Shown here one piece after another: positions 26,175-35,414 of a DNA stretch of 43,260 nt. Under the pieces are notes generated by a model. It searched no databases, was not told the origin of the DNA, and saw nothing but the letters and a program-made list of their open reading frames with translations. The stretch's first letter is position 1, and each line of letters opens with the position of its first letter. The DNA comes from Oscillospiraceae bacterium (GTDB lineage: Bacteria > Bacillota > Clostridia > Oscillospirales > Oscillospiraceae): positions 1-43,260 of the forward strand of contig CADCOJ010000077.1 of assembly GCA_902803075.1 (NCBI GenBank). Reading direction: 5' to 3'. The translations under genes and the position numbers were made by a program.

Positions 26175-26545
26175 AGCGTTTCCTCATTTCTCTGTTCCAG
26201 ATAAGCGATCAACTCTTGTTTCGTGATGCCAAGCCGCTGTGCCTCCTGCAGCAGCGAGGTCAGGCGCTGACTGAAAAATGCCTGTCTGCGTTTTCTACGG
26301 ATCACATCTGCAGCGCCCGGGCACACGAACATACCGATGCCTCGCTTTTTGTAGAGGATCCCGGCTTCGACCAGAAGATTCACGCCCTTTGCTGCAGTGG
26401 CTGGATTGATGGTATACAGCTTCGAAAGCTCATTCGTGCTCGGCACGCGTTCGTCCTCCAGCAGGATCCCGCGCAGGATGTCTGTCTCGATCATTTCGCT
26501 GATTTGAAGATAGAGCGAGATCTCGTCCTTCAACGAACTCTGCAT
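26171..26545 (-). CDS. GntR family regulator, YtrA subfamily
   Basis: LYLQI, VPSTNEL---Y-INPATAAKG, KKRGIGMFV, short helical C-terminus; first gene of an ABC operon. Confidence 0.93.
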   Translation of the reverse strand: MQSSLKDEISLYLQISEMIETDILRGILLEDERVPSTNELSKLYTINPATAAKGVNLLVEAGILYKKRGIGMFVCPGAADVIRRKRRQAFFSQRLTSLLQEAQRLGITKQELIAYLEQRNEETL

Positions 26546-26563
26546 ACGATCACCCCCAAGTCC

Positions 26564-26616
26564 TATGGTTCATTACTTGTGTAATTAACCATATAACATT
26601 GATATGTGTTTGTCAA
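26564..26616 (-). promoter_or_regulatory. Promoter with overlapping palindromic operator (probable YtrA site)
   Basis: TTGACA(26616-26611)-N17-TATGGT; palindrome tatggttcattac-ttgt-gtaattaaccata (26564-26593, one mismatch) covers the -10 and start site. Confidence 0.7.
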
Positions 26617-26694
26617 GTTTTTTTGAAAATAAGACACGAAAGCCGAATACATGCCTATGGATTGACCGGTTGCTGCAAACTTATTTAAAATATA

Positions 26695-26723
26695 TTGACA
26701 ACATTCTGATGAAGTGGTATGCT
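26695..26723 (+). promoter_or_regulatory. sigma-A promoter of the oxidoreductase operon
   Basis: TTGACA-N17-TATGCT, TG-extended. Confidence 0.75.
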
Positions 26724-26755
26724 GATAGCACCATAGAAAGGACGGTGCTTTGCAC

Positions 26756-28195
26756 ATGCGAAAGACAGATGTCGTGGTCATCGGGGCAGGTGCGGTCGGA
26801 TGCGCGGTTGCGCGCGAGCTCTCGAAGTACAAGGTCTCGGTGATTGTGGCAGAGAAGAATGAGGACATCGGCGGCGACGCTTCCAAGTCCAACAGTGCCA
26901 TTATCCATACCGGCTATGATGCGTCCCCGGATACGCTCGAATCCCAGCTCGTTGTGGCTGCAAACCCCATGTATGACAAGATCGCATCCGATCTGGATGT
27001 GCCGTTCCGGCGCATCGGGGCGATCCTTCCTGCCATCACACAGGAGCAGTACGAAAAACTTCCGGCGATCCGTGAAAAGGCATTCCGGAACCGCGTATAT
27101 GACGTGGAATACCGTTCGCGCGAGCAACTGCTTGAGATGGAGCCGAATTTGAACCCTGATGTTCTCGGCGGCCTGTATATCCCGCGTGAAAGCATCATTG
27201 ACCCTTTTATCCTTGTGCAGGCCTATGCGGAAAACGCATGTGAAAACGGCGTGGAGTTCCTGCTTTCCGAAAAGGTTACCGGCATACGCACGGAAAACGG
27301 TGCGGTCACCACGGTCGTAACGGAGAATGAGGAGATCGCCTGCAAATGGATCATCAACTGCGCCGGCCTGTATTGCGACGATATTGCGGCCATGGTCGGC
27401 AAAGACGAGTATAAGGTTGTTCCGCGCAAGGGGCAATTCTTTATCCTGGATAAAAATACATCCTGCAAGGTGCAGCATATTGTCCTTCCGATCCCGACCA
27501 AGGTGACCAAGGGCAAGCTTATGTGCCCGACCATCCACGGAAATATGCTCGTGGGACCGACAGCTGAGGATCAGCCCTCCAAGACGGATAAATCGACGAC
27601 GCAGGAGGGCCTGCAGAGCATCGTGCGCGATGTGCGGAATCTTGTGCCGAACGTCAATGTCCGTGATACCATCACGCAGTATTCCGGCCTGCGCCCGAAT
27701 CGTGTGCCCGAAGGGCTTCATTTTGACGTATATGACGACCTCAAGGGATATATCAACCTCTCCGGCGTCCGCTCCACCGGGCTGACACTTTCCGCAGCAA
27801 TGGGCAAATATGTGGTGCAGCAGATGCTTGCGCTCGGTGCAGGCTTCGAGCCGAAGCAGGATTATATTGCCCGCCGTCGCGGGATCATCCGTTTCCACGA
27901 GCAGACGCCTGAGATCCAGGAGCAGCTGATCCGCAGCGATCCGCGCTATGGAAATGTGATCTGCCGCTGCGAGACCATCACCGAGGCAGAGATCCTGCAG
28001 GCGATCCACCGTCCGCTCGGAGCGCGGAGCATGGACGCTGTCAAGCGCCGCGTGCGAGCCGGAATGGGGCGCTGCCAGGCCGGATTCTGCGGTCCGAAGG
28101 TCATTGAGATCCTCGCGCGTGAGTTGGGCTGCAGCCCTGAAGAAATCACCAAAAATGAGCCGGGCTCCAATATGGTCACCGGAAGAACGCGCTGA
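26756..28195 (+). CDS. FAD-dependent oxidoreductase with C-terminal BFD-like [2Fe-2S] domain (GlpA / LhgO-like)
   Basis: IGAGAVG, SKSNSAIIHTGYD, NCAGLYCD, SGLRP, STGLT; ICRCE...RAGMGRCQAGFC. Confidence 0.9.
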   Translation: MRKTDVVVIGAGAVGCAVARELSKYKVSVIVAEKNEDIGGDASKSNSAIIHTGYDASPDTLESQLVVAANPMYDKIASDLDVPFRRIGAILPAITQEQYEKLPAIREKAFRNRVYDVEYRSREQLLEMEPNLNPDVLGGLYIPRESIIDPFILVQAYAENACENGVEFLLSEKVTGIRTENGAVTTVVTENEEIACKWIINCAGLYCDDIAAMVGKDEYKVVPRKGQFFILDKNTSCKVQHIVLPIPTKVTKGKLMCPTIHGNMLVGPTAEDQPSKTDKSTTQEGLQSIVRDVRNLVPNVNVRDTITQYSGLRPNRVPEGLHFDVYDDLKGYINLSGVRSTGLTLSAAMGKYVVQQMLALGAGFEPKQDYIARRRGIIRFHEQTPEIQEQLIRSDPRYGNVICRCETITEAEILQAIHRPLGARSMDAVKRRVRAGMGRCQAGFCGPKVIEILARELGCSPEEITKNEPGSNMVTGRTR

Positions 28196-28216
28196 GCGGA
28201 AGGAGGATGGAACGAT

Positions 28217-29479
28217 ATGTATGAACTGAGCTGTGACGTTGCCGTCATCGGCGGCGGCCCTGCCGGTCTTGCAGCAGCGATCTCCGCGCGGGAGAACGGC
28301 GCAGAGAATGTTCTGATCATCGAGCGCGACAACGCGTTGGGCGGCATCCTGCAGCAATGTATCCACCCGGGGTTTGGACTTACACGTTTCCATGAGGAGC
28401 TTACAGGTCCGGAGTATTTCGGAAGATTTGTTGCGCGAGCAAAAGAGCTTGGCGTCAGAAGCATGCTATCCTCCATGGTCCTGGAGGTCAATCCGGAAGC
28501 AAAGCAGATCCTTGCAACCAGCAGTGAATACGGTCTTACCCGCGTGCAGGCCGGAAGCATTGTGCTTTCTATGGGATGCCGGGAAAAAACGCGCGCATCC
28601 ATCATGGTGCCCGGCACGCGCCCGGCCGGCCTGTATACGGCAGGCGCGGCGCAGAGGCTCGTCAACCGCCAGAACATCATGGTCGGAAAGCGCATCGTGA
28701 TCCTGGGTTCCGGAGACATCGGCATGATCATGGCAAGGCGCATGACGCTTGAGGGCGCCAAGGTCGTGATGGTCGTTGAACTGATGGATTATCTCGCCGG
28801 TCTGACCCGCAATCGCGTGCAGTGCCTGGATGATTTCGGCATCCCGCTGAAGCTGTCTCATACCATTACCCGCATTGAGGGCGACCGCCGCGTGACCGGC
28901 GTCTATGTTGCGCCGGTCGACGAAAACAAAAAGCCGATCGCAGAGAAAGAGGAGTTTGTCGCCTGTGATACCGTCCTGTTTTCCGTGGGTCTGATGCCGG
29001 AAAACGAGCTAACGCGCAAGGGCGGCATTGAGATCAATCGTATCACGAACGGCCCCTGCGTCGATCAGCACATGCAGACCTCAGCTCCGGCCGTCTTTGC
29101 CTGCGGCAATGTCGTCCATGTCAACGACCTTGTGGACAATGTCAGCCGCGAAAGCGAAAAGGCCGGCCGTGCTGCCGCGCTCTATGCGCTCGGGAAGCTC
29201 CCGAAGGCAAACAGGACCGTCACCTGTATGACCGGCAACAATGTCCGCTATCTCTGCCCGCAGTGCATCCATGTGACAGATGAAGCTGAGACGGCTGAGA
29301 TTTACTTCCGCGTACTTGCTCCGCAGGAACATGTTCGTCTGCGCGCTTGCTGCGGCGGGAAAGTCGTGTATGAGCATGCCGAGTTCCGTGTCAACCCCGG
29401 TGAAATGAATCATGTTACAGTCAAAACAGCAGATCTGACCGGGGAAGAGCTGACCGTTGAGGTCATTAAGGAGGACTGA
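28217..29479 (+). CDS. NAD(P)/FAD-dependent oxidoreductase (pyridine nucleotide-disulfide family)
   Basis: IGGGPAGLAAA, GGILQQCIHPGFG, LTGPEY, GCRE, GSGDIGMIMARR, FACGNVVHV. Confidence 0.9.
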   Translation: MYELSCDVAVIGGGPAGLAAAISARENGAENVLIIERDNALGGILQQCIHPGFGLTRFHEELTGPEYFGRFVARAKELGVRSMLSSMVLEVNPEAKQILATSSEYGLTRVQAGSIVLSMGCREKTRASIMVPGTRPAGLYTAGAAQRLVNRQNIMVGKRIVILGSGDIGMIMARRMTLEGAKVVMVVELMDYLAGLTRNRVQCLDDFGIPLKLSHTITRIEGDRRVTGVYVAPVDENKKPIAEKEEFVACDTVLFSVGLMPENELTRKGGIEINRITNGPCVDQHMQTSAPAVFACGNVVHVNDLVDNVSRESEKAGRAAALYALGKLPKANRTVTCMTGNNVRYLCPQCIHVTDEAETAEIYFRVLAPQEHVRLRACCGGKVVYEHAEFRVNPGEMNHVTVKTADLTGEELTVEVIKED

Positions 29480-29482
29480 GCT

Positions 29483-29848
29483 ATGAAAAAAGAGATCATT
29501 TGCACCGTCTGCCCGCGCGGCTGCCACATCACTGTGGATGGCGAAGGGGAGACTGTTACCTCCGTGACCGGGAACAGCTGCCAGCGCGGCTTTACATACG
29601 CCTCTGCAGAGTTTGCGCATCCTGTCCGCATCCTGACCACGACCGTCAGGCTCGCCGGGCGGACGGATACGCTGCTTCCTGTCCGTTCCTCCAGGCCGGT
29701 ACCGAAGGAAAAGCTTTTCGCCTGCATGGAGGTCATCCGCAGTGCAGAGGCGCCTGTCCCTGTCCGTCAGCACGACGTTATCATTGAAAACATCCTCGGC
29801 ACCGGAGCAGATATCATCGCCTCGGCATCGTTCGGCACGGACGATTGA
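29483..29848 (+). CDS. DUF1667-type small Cys-cluster protein
   Basis: ICTVCPRGC...GNSCQRG, P-RILTTTV, LPVRS--PVPK. Confidence 0.88.
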   Translation: MKKEIICTVCPRGCHITVDGEGETVTSVTGNSCQRGFTYASAEFAHPVRILTTTVRLAGRTDTLLPVRSSRPVPKEKLFACMEVIRSAEAPVPVRQHDVIIENILGTGADIIASASFGTDD

Positions 29849-29890
29849 CCGCTCAATGCCATCCAAACAGCAGGAAAGGAGTGTTCTGCC

Positions 29891-30676
29891 GTGAAGCTTG
29901 AACGAAGAGATCAGATTGCTGAGCTTGTCAGCACGAACCGGACGGTTACGAATGCAGAACTGATGGAGCGGTTTGGAATCTCGATTGAGACCGTACGTCG
30001 TGATCTTGCGGCCTTGGAGCACCAGGGCGTTCTGGAGCGCGTTTACGGCGGAGCCGTGCGCCGGGAGTCCAATCCGCAGGAGCCCGGTTATACAAGCCGG
30101 GAAAAGGTGCATACTGCTGAAAAGATTGCCATTGCGCGGTTTGCCGAGACGCTGATCGCGCAGAACGACACAGTCTATTTTGATAATGGGACCAGTGTCC
30201 TCCTGCTTGTCCGGCAGCTGCGCGGAGACAAGCGTATCACGGCTTTTACGAACGCGCTCCGCACGGCCGCTGCGCTTGCTGACAAAGCCCAGACGGATGT
30301 CATCCTCCTCGGAGGTCAGCTACGCCCGAAGGAACTATGCGTGTCCGGCAGCGACACGCAGGAACAGCTTGCCCGCTTCAACATCGACAAGGCCTTCATC
30401 GGCGTCGGCGGCATCAGCGCAGATGGGATTACAGATTTCCATTTTGCTGAGGCCGCGCTGCGTCGTCAGGTCATCCGGAATGCGCGGCAGGTGATCGCGC
30501 TGGCAGACCACAGCAAGTTTTCCATCCGTGCTGTGCACAACATCTGTCCCATCTCTGATATCGACATCCTTGTAACGGACAGTGCCGCTCCATCTGAAAT
30601 CCTGGATCAATGTAAAGATAAAGGTGTTCGCGTCTGCATTGCAGACGACGAACAGGAGGGGAGAAACCACCCATGA
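29891..30676 (+). CDS. DeoR/GlpR family transcriptional regulator
   Basis: ERR--I, FGISIETVRRDL--LE-QG---RVYGGA, DNGTS, TNAL, LADHSKF. Confidence 0.94.
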   Translation: MKLERRDQIAELVSTNRTVTNAELMERFGISIETVRRDLAALEHQGVLERVYGGAVRRESNPQEPGYTSREKVHTAEKIAIARFAETLIAQNDTVYFDNGTSVLLLVRQLRGDKRITAFTNALRTAAALADKAQTDVILLGGQLRPKELCVSGSDTQEQLARFNIDKAFIGVGGISADGITDFHFAEAALRRQVIRNARQVIALADHSKFSIRAVHNICPISDIDILVTDSAAPSEILDQCKDKGVRVCIADDEQEGRNHP

Positions 30677-31443
30677 AAAAAGTCAATCTGATTCTTCTCG
30701 ACGGAATGCGTCCGGATGCGCTTTTGCAGTGCGGCAACCCCTATGTGCAGGAGCTGCTGGCAACCAGCGCATATTCTCTTTGTGCACGGACCGTTTTTCC
30801 GTCGATCACGCTTCCGTGTCACATGTCTTTGTTCCACTCGGTCGAACCGGGCAGACACGGGATCACCAACAACATCTATACGCCTCAGGTCCGCCCTGTG
30901 AACGGCATTATGGAGCAGCTGCACGGCAAACGCTCGACGGCTATGGTCTATAACTGGGATGAGCTGCGCGACCTTTACAGACCCGGAAAAAGTGAATTCT
31001 CCCTGTATATCTCTCAGTATGAATACGGTCTTGAGCAATCGCATCATGAGGTGTTTGCGGCGACAGAGAAGCTGCTCCGCGAAAAGGCACCGGATTTCTG
31101 CTTTACATACTCCGGTTGGACGGATGAACAGGCGCACAAAAGCGGTTGGATGTCCGAGGAATACCTGCATGCGCTCGATGTTGGTGTCAGCAGTATCCGG
31201 CATCTGATCGAACAGACGAAGGACAGCTATATTACCATCCTTGTGGCAGATCATGGCGGCCATGACCGCACACATGGGACGATGATGGACGAAGATATGC
31301 TGATCCCTGTTGTGATCCACGGCGAGGGAGTCTGCCCGGGCGAAATCACGGAGCCTGTTTCGATCCTCGACATTGCCCCTACCATTATCAAGCTTCTGGA
31401 ATGCGAGCCTGCCGAAGAATGGGAGGGCCGCGCGCTTCTTTGA
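30673..31443 (+). CDS. Alkaline phosphatase superfamily protein (nucleotide pyrophosphatase / phosphodiesterase type)
   Basis: LLDGMRPD, PSITLPCH (Thr nucleophile), DEQAH, ADHGG-D-THG, DIAPT; ATGA overlap with deoR. Confidence 0.9.
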   Translation: MKKVNLILLDGMRPDALLQCGNPYVQELLATSAYSLCARTVFPSITLPCHMSLFHSVEPGRHGITNNIYTPQVRPVNGIMEQLHGKRSTAMVYNWDELRDLYRPGKSEFSLYISQYEYGLEQSHHEVFAATEKLLREKAPDFCFTYSGWTDEQAHKSGWMSEEYLHALDVGVSSIRHLIEQTKDSYITILVADHGGHDRTHGTMMDEDMLIPVVIHGEGVCPGEITEPVSILDIAPTIIKLLECEPAEEWEGRALL

Positions 31444-31482
31444 GCGTGTCCGGCGGCGCAGAGCCGCGCCAATTCAAATGGG

Positions 31483-31516
31483 AAACCGGCGTGCCCAATA
31501 TGGGCACGCCGGTTTT
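31483..31516 (+). terminator. Intrinsic terminator
   Basis: 15-bp perfect stem aaaccggcgtgccca / tgggcacgccggttt. Confidence 0.8.
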
Positions 31517-31696
31517 GTCTCTGCATGTTCCAAATTCTCAGGAGAACCGGTAGTTTCTATTCGCATGAGACGTGCAGGAAAAATCGTTTTTTATGATCGG
31601 TCTATTGTGCTATAATATAATTCAAGAAATGAGAAGAAACAACGGACGAATGCAAAATTCATGGATCTGGAAACGCATATCAAGGAGGCGCAATCA

Positions 31697-32200
31697 ATGG
31701 AGTATATCCATCATTATGTCTCGCCGCTCGGCGGGATCACCATGGCGAGCAACGGCGATGCACTGACCGGACTTTGGTTTGACGGCCAGAAGTTATTCTC
31801 CGAAATGCTTCCGGAGCGGCACATGGAAAAGGATCTTTCCGTTTTTGTACAAACCGGCCGCTGGTTAGAGACTTATTTCAGCGGAAAGGCCCCGGATTTT
31901 ACGCCGCCTCTGCATGCAGCAGGCTCGGCCTTTCAAACAGAGATCTGGGACACTCTGTTGACGATCCCGTTCGGTCGGACAATGACATACGGAGAGATTG
32001 CCGGACTGATCGCCCGGCGGCACGGTTTGCAGCACATGTCCGCGCAGGCAGTCGGCGGGGCAGTTGGCCGCAACCCGGTTTCCATCATCATTCCCTGCCA
32101 CCGGGTGATCGGGTCAAACGGGGCGCTGACCGGCTATGCAGGAGGGATCGAACGGAAGAAATGGCTTCTGGAGATGGAAAGCAGGTATCGTCCGCAATGA
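31697..32200 (+). CDS. ogt: Methylated-DNA--[protein]-cysteine S-methyltransferase
   Basis: SPLG, GS-FQ--IW--L--IPFG---TYG, AVGGAVGRNP, IPCHRV, GYAGG; AAGGAGG RBS. Confidence 0.95.
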   Translation: MEYIHHYVSPLGGITMASNGDALTGLWFDGQKLFSEMLPERHMEKDLSVFVQTGRWLETYFSGKAPDFTPPLHAAGSAFQTEIWDTLLTIPFGRTMTYGEIAGLIARRHGLQHMSAQAVGGAVGRNPVSIIIPCHRVIGSNGALTGYAGGIERKKWLLEMESRYRPQ

Positions 32201-32280
32201 AACCGGCTTTGGATCGACGCTGCTTCTGCACCGGATGCGAGCGGAAGGCGGCGTGATGATCCGGCAGATCCCCGGAAACA

Positions 32281-32311
32281 AAAGAGACGCTTCGTAAGAA
32301 AGCGTCTCTTT
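32281..32311. terminator. Bidirectional terminator
   Basis: 12-bp stem aaagagacgctt / aagcgtctcttt between convergent genes. Confidence 0.75.
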
Positions 32312-32328
32312 CCACGTTTTTCTGTTGC

Positions 32329-32931
32329 TTAAAGTCCCAGTTCCTCATCAACAAGGATGACATGGAACTCTTTATGAATGCGCAGCGGGTATTCGATGAT
32401 GACCGTTGCATTGCACATGCGTGCAGACGTCCGGCAGTCATGGCATTCACCTGTGGCCGCGCAGGGCGTTTTCATACCAAGCCGTCTGGCATTTTCCGGG
32501 CAAGTATCGTGTTTGATCCGCATGATTGCATGGTCAAGGTCGGAGCAGATCTTCTGTTTTCCGACGATCAGAATCACACAGGGCGGGCCGTAAAGAAGAC
32601 CTGCCACGCGGTTTCCGGTCCCGTCGATCTCCACAATGCGACCATCCTCCAAAAGTGCGTTGGCCGAAGCCATGTAGACCTCGCAGCCGATCGCCAGGTC
32701 GCGCTCTTTTTGTTTTTCCGAGGCATCTGCCATCCAGTGCCAGTGCACCTCGTTGCCGCGCGCGGTCAGGGCGTCATACAGTCCAAGCTGTTTGACAGTT
32801 TTGCTTCCTCCGATGCCGACAGAGCGTTCAGCGATCAGCGCAAGTGCGATCTGGCTTGCCTGCGCTGCTGTTTCTGCTTCATGGACATGGAAATTCCGTC
32901 CTTTCAGATTCTGAATCAGTGTTTTATTCAC
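32329..32931 (-). CDS. LUD-domain (lactate utilization family) protein
   Basis: GGSKT, SANA--EDG-IV-IDGTGNRVA---YGP, G--KI, TPC---G-C-DC----RMC; GTG start after GGAGGTG. Confidence 0.85.
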   Translation of the reverse strand: MNKTLIQNLKGRNFHVHEAETAAQASQIALALIAERSVGIGGSKTVKQLGLYDALTARGNEVHWHWMADASEKQKERDLAIGCEVYMASANALLEDGRIVEIDGTGNRVAGLLYGPPCVILIVGKQKICSDLDHAIMRIKHDTCPENARRLGMKTPCAATGECHDCRTSARMCNATVIIEYPLRIHKEFHVILVDEELGL

Positions 32932-33130
32932 AGTGCCGTCACCTCCGTATGAGCATTTTATCACATCATCCGCGTTCTTGCAACGCAGAAGGTCATGTTT
33001 CTCTTTTTTCGGAAAGCCGTCGCAGAAGATGGAAAAACGTTTTTATGCGTTGCTTTTGCGTGCCTCCATCTGCTATACTGTAACTAAAGTTTGCGGGCCG
33101 CCGCCTGCTTTTCTCACACAGGGGTGGATC

Positions 33131-34120
33131 ATGGATATCACATTGTATAAGCCTCCGTTTTCTGCTGCGCTTCTGGAGCGTTACCGGCAATTCCTCGTCA
33201 GCTGCGGCCTGCGCGACGAAGGGGACGCGGACACACTTGCGCTGATGACGGATGACGATTTTGCAATCACTGCCTGCGGGGCGCTTGCAGGGCATACGCT
33301 CAAGCAGATCGCTGTCTCGCCGGACGAAGAAGGGCAGGGTGCATGCGCAAGCATCGTTTCCGAGCTGATGAACGAAGCATCCCGGAATGGGATCTCGCGG
33401 CTGCTTTTGTGCACAAAACCGAAAAAACTGCGGATGTTCCGCTCCATGGGGTTCTATCCGATCATCGAAACGGAAGATGCGCTTCTGATGGAAAACCGGA
33501 AGAACGGGCTTGAAGAGTTCCTCCGGTCTGCCGGAAAGCATGAGGGCGTGTGTGGGGCGGTTGTCTGCAACTGCGACCCGTTTACGCTCGGCCACAGACG
33601 CTTGATCGAATATGCCGCCGAACAGTGCGACACACTGTATGTCTTTTTGGTCAGTGAACGCGGCTCCATGTTCCAACCAGAGGAACGGCTGGACATGGTC
33701 CGGCGGGGGACGGCTGATCTGACCAACTGCCATGTTCTCAGCAGTGATTTTTATCTTGTTTCCCGCGCCACTTTCCCTGCATATTTCATCAAGGACCAGG
33801 TCCGGGCTGACAGCGTCAAGGCGGATCTGGACATTGCCCTGTTTTCCAACCGTATCGCGCCGGCGCTCGGCATCACAAAGCGTTTCGTTGGGGAAGAACC
33901 GTTCTGCCCGGTCACACGCGCCTACAATGCGCGTATGAAGGAGCTTCTGCCGCAGTACGGCATCACGCTTATTGAGATCCCGCGCTTCAGACAGATCAGC
34001 GCCAGCCGCGTACGCACACTGATCCGTGCCGGAGAGACAGAAAAAACAAAGGAGCTTGTACCGGAAACGACCTATGAAACCATTCTGCGTCACGCTGGAG
34101 CAGATGCTCCTTGCCCGTGA
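33131..34120 (+). CDS. citC: [Citrate (pro-3S)-lyase] ligase
   Basis: N-terminal GNAT-like region, NCDPFTLGH, VSRATFPAYF-K, RFVGEEPFCPVT--YN, ISASRVR. Confidence 0.94.
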   Translation: MDITLYKPPFSAALLERYRQFLVSCGLRDEGDADTLALMTDDDFAITACGALAGHTLKQIAVSPDEEGQGACASIVSELMNEASRNGISRLLLCTKPKKLRMFRSMGFYPIIETEDALLMENRKNGLEEFLRSAGKHEGVCGAVVCNCDPFTLGHRRLIEYAAEQCDTLYVFLVSERGSMFQPEERLDMVRRGTADLTNCHVLSSDFYLVSRATFPAYFIKDQVRADSVKADLDIALFSNRIAPALGITKRFVGEEPFCPVTRAYNARMKELLPQYGITLIEIPRFRQISASRVRTLIRAGETEKTKELVPETTYETILRHAGADAPCP

Positions 34121-35414
34121 AACGCGGGCTGAGATCCAGACCGAGCTGCTGCGTTGCGGCAATCAGAGCACATGCCTTGTCTGCCTGACGCTGAACATTG
34201 CAGGCGAGGTGAAGCGCACTGCGCTGACGCGGGTGCTCTTTGACCGGGGCGTTCAGCTGTTTGAACGCCTCGGATACTGCGTTCTGAAACGACGGATGAC
34301 CGACGCAATGACCGGAAGCGAGGCATTCTGGCTTCTGAAGGAGCCGGCTTCACAAGTCAAGGATGCTCTGACTCAGATAGAGGATTCTTTTCCGGCAGCC
34401 CGTCTGTTTGATTTTGACGTTCTGGACTGCAGCGGAGAGAAGCTTTCCCGCACGTCTGCGCGCCGCTGCCTCATTTGCGGAGAACCGGCCGCTGCCTGTG
34501 CCAGGAGCAGACGACACGGGCTTGACGCCGTTAAGTCCGCAACAAATGCGCTGCTGATGGGTTTCTGCGCGGATGTGCTGGCCGATGCAGGCTGTGCCTC
34601 TTTGCTTGACGAGCTCTATACAACGCCGAAGCCGGGGCTTGTGGACCGTGCAAACTGCGGCGCACACCGCGATATGGACGTCCCCCTGTTTGAAACAAGC
34701 GCCGCCGTGCTGCGGCCATATTTCCATGATGCGGCAGCCATGGGCATGGCAGGCTGCACGATGGATGCGCTCCGTGCGCGCGGCATGGAGGCAGAGAACG
34801 CCATGTTTGCTGCAACCTCCGGCGTTAACACGCACAAAGGCATGGTTTATTCCATGGGATTGCTGCTTGCAGGGATGGGACAGGCGCTGTTTTCCGGCGC
34901 TGATGCGGTCGGGATTGCCGCGTCGCTTGCCCGTCAGGACGCTGCACTGAAGCTGCGCCGCGCGCTGGATGCACCATGCACAAATGGGAACGGCGTTTAC
35001 CGTGCCTATGGCGCAAAAGGCGCAATTGGAGAAGCTGCAGACGGATTTCCAACAGCACGGTTCTGCGCGGGCCGGATTGCATATTATCGCGCACAGGCAT
35101 GTCCGGTGCCGGGAGCACTTGCGCTTTGTGATGTGATGGCGCGTCTGGAAGATACGAATCTGCTTCACCGCGGTGGCCGGGAAGGTCTCTCTTTTGTACA
35201 GACACAGGCCGCATCCATTGCGCGGATGCCTGCCGAAGACAGGCTTGATGCGCTGACTGTACTGGATGGAGAGCTGATCCGGAGGAATCTTTCTCCGGGC
35301 GGAAGCGCAGATATGCTCGCACTTGGTTATTTGCTTGAACGCTGGGTTGACCTTTCGCGGAATCTGTTTCTGCCGGAAGATAACGTATGTGTGCGAAAGG
35401 AAGGATCTGAATGA
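34074..35414 (+). CDS. citXG: Fused CitX (holo-ACP synthase) and CitG (triphosphoribosyl-dephospho-CoA synthase)
   Basis: CitX: VTLEQML-ARE-R---Q, NIAG-VK, RLFDFDV, R-CLIC---A--CARS--H; CitG: TPKPGLVD---GAH-DM, GVNTHKG, DTNLLHRGG, SPGGSADML. Confidence 0.92.
   Translation: MKPFCVTLEQMLLARETRAEIQTELLRCGNQSTCLVCLTLNIAGEVKRTALTRVLFDRGVQLFERLGYCVLKRRMTDAMTGSEAFWLLKEPASQVKDALTQIEDSFPAARLFDFDVLDCSGEKLSRTSARRCLICGEPAAACARSRRHGLDAVKSATNALLMGFCADVLADAGCASLLDELYTTPKPGLVDRANCGAHRDMDVPLFETSAAVLRPYFHDAAAMGMAGCTMDALRARGMEAENAMFAATSGVNTHKGMVYSMGLLLAGMGQALFSGADAVGIAASLARQDAALKLRRALDAPCTNGNGVYRAYGAKGAIGEAADGFPTARFCAGRIAYYRAQACPVPGALALCDVMARLEDTNLLHRGGREGLSFVQTQAASIARMPAEDRLDALTVLDGELIRRNLSPGGSADMLALGYLLERWVDLSRNLFLPEDNVCVRKEGSE

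Noticed and set aside
26681-28393. 570-aa minus-strand ORF
   Set aside because: Antisense shadow of the GlpA-like gene
32198-32297. Hairpin after the ogt TGA resembling a SECIS, with an open frame to 32297
   Set aside because: Ogt is already complete at the TGA and the extension has no protein-like features; more likely a 3' UTR structure
32933-33130. 66-aa N-terminal extension of citC
   Set aside because: Covers the divergent promoter region; CitC-like sequence begins at ATG 33131
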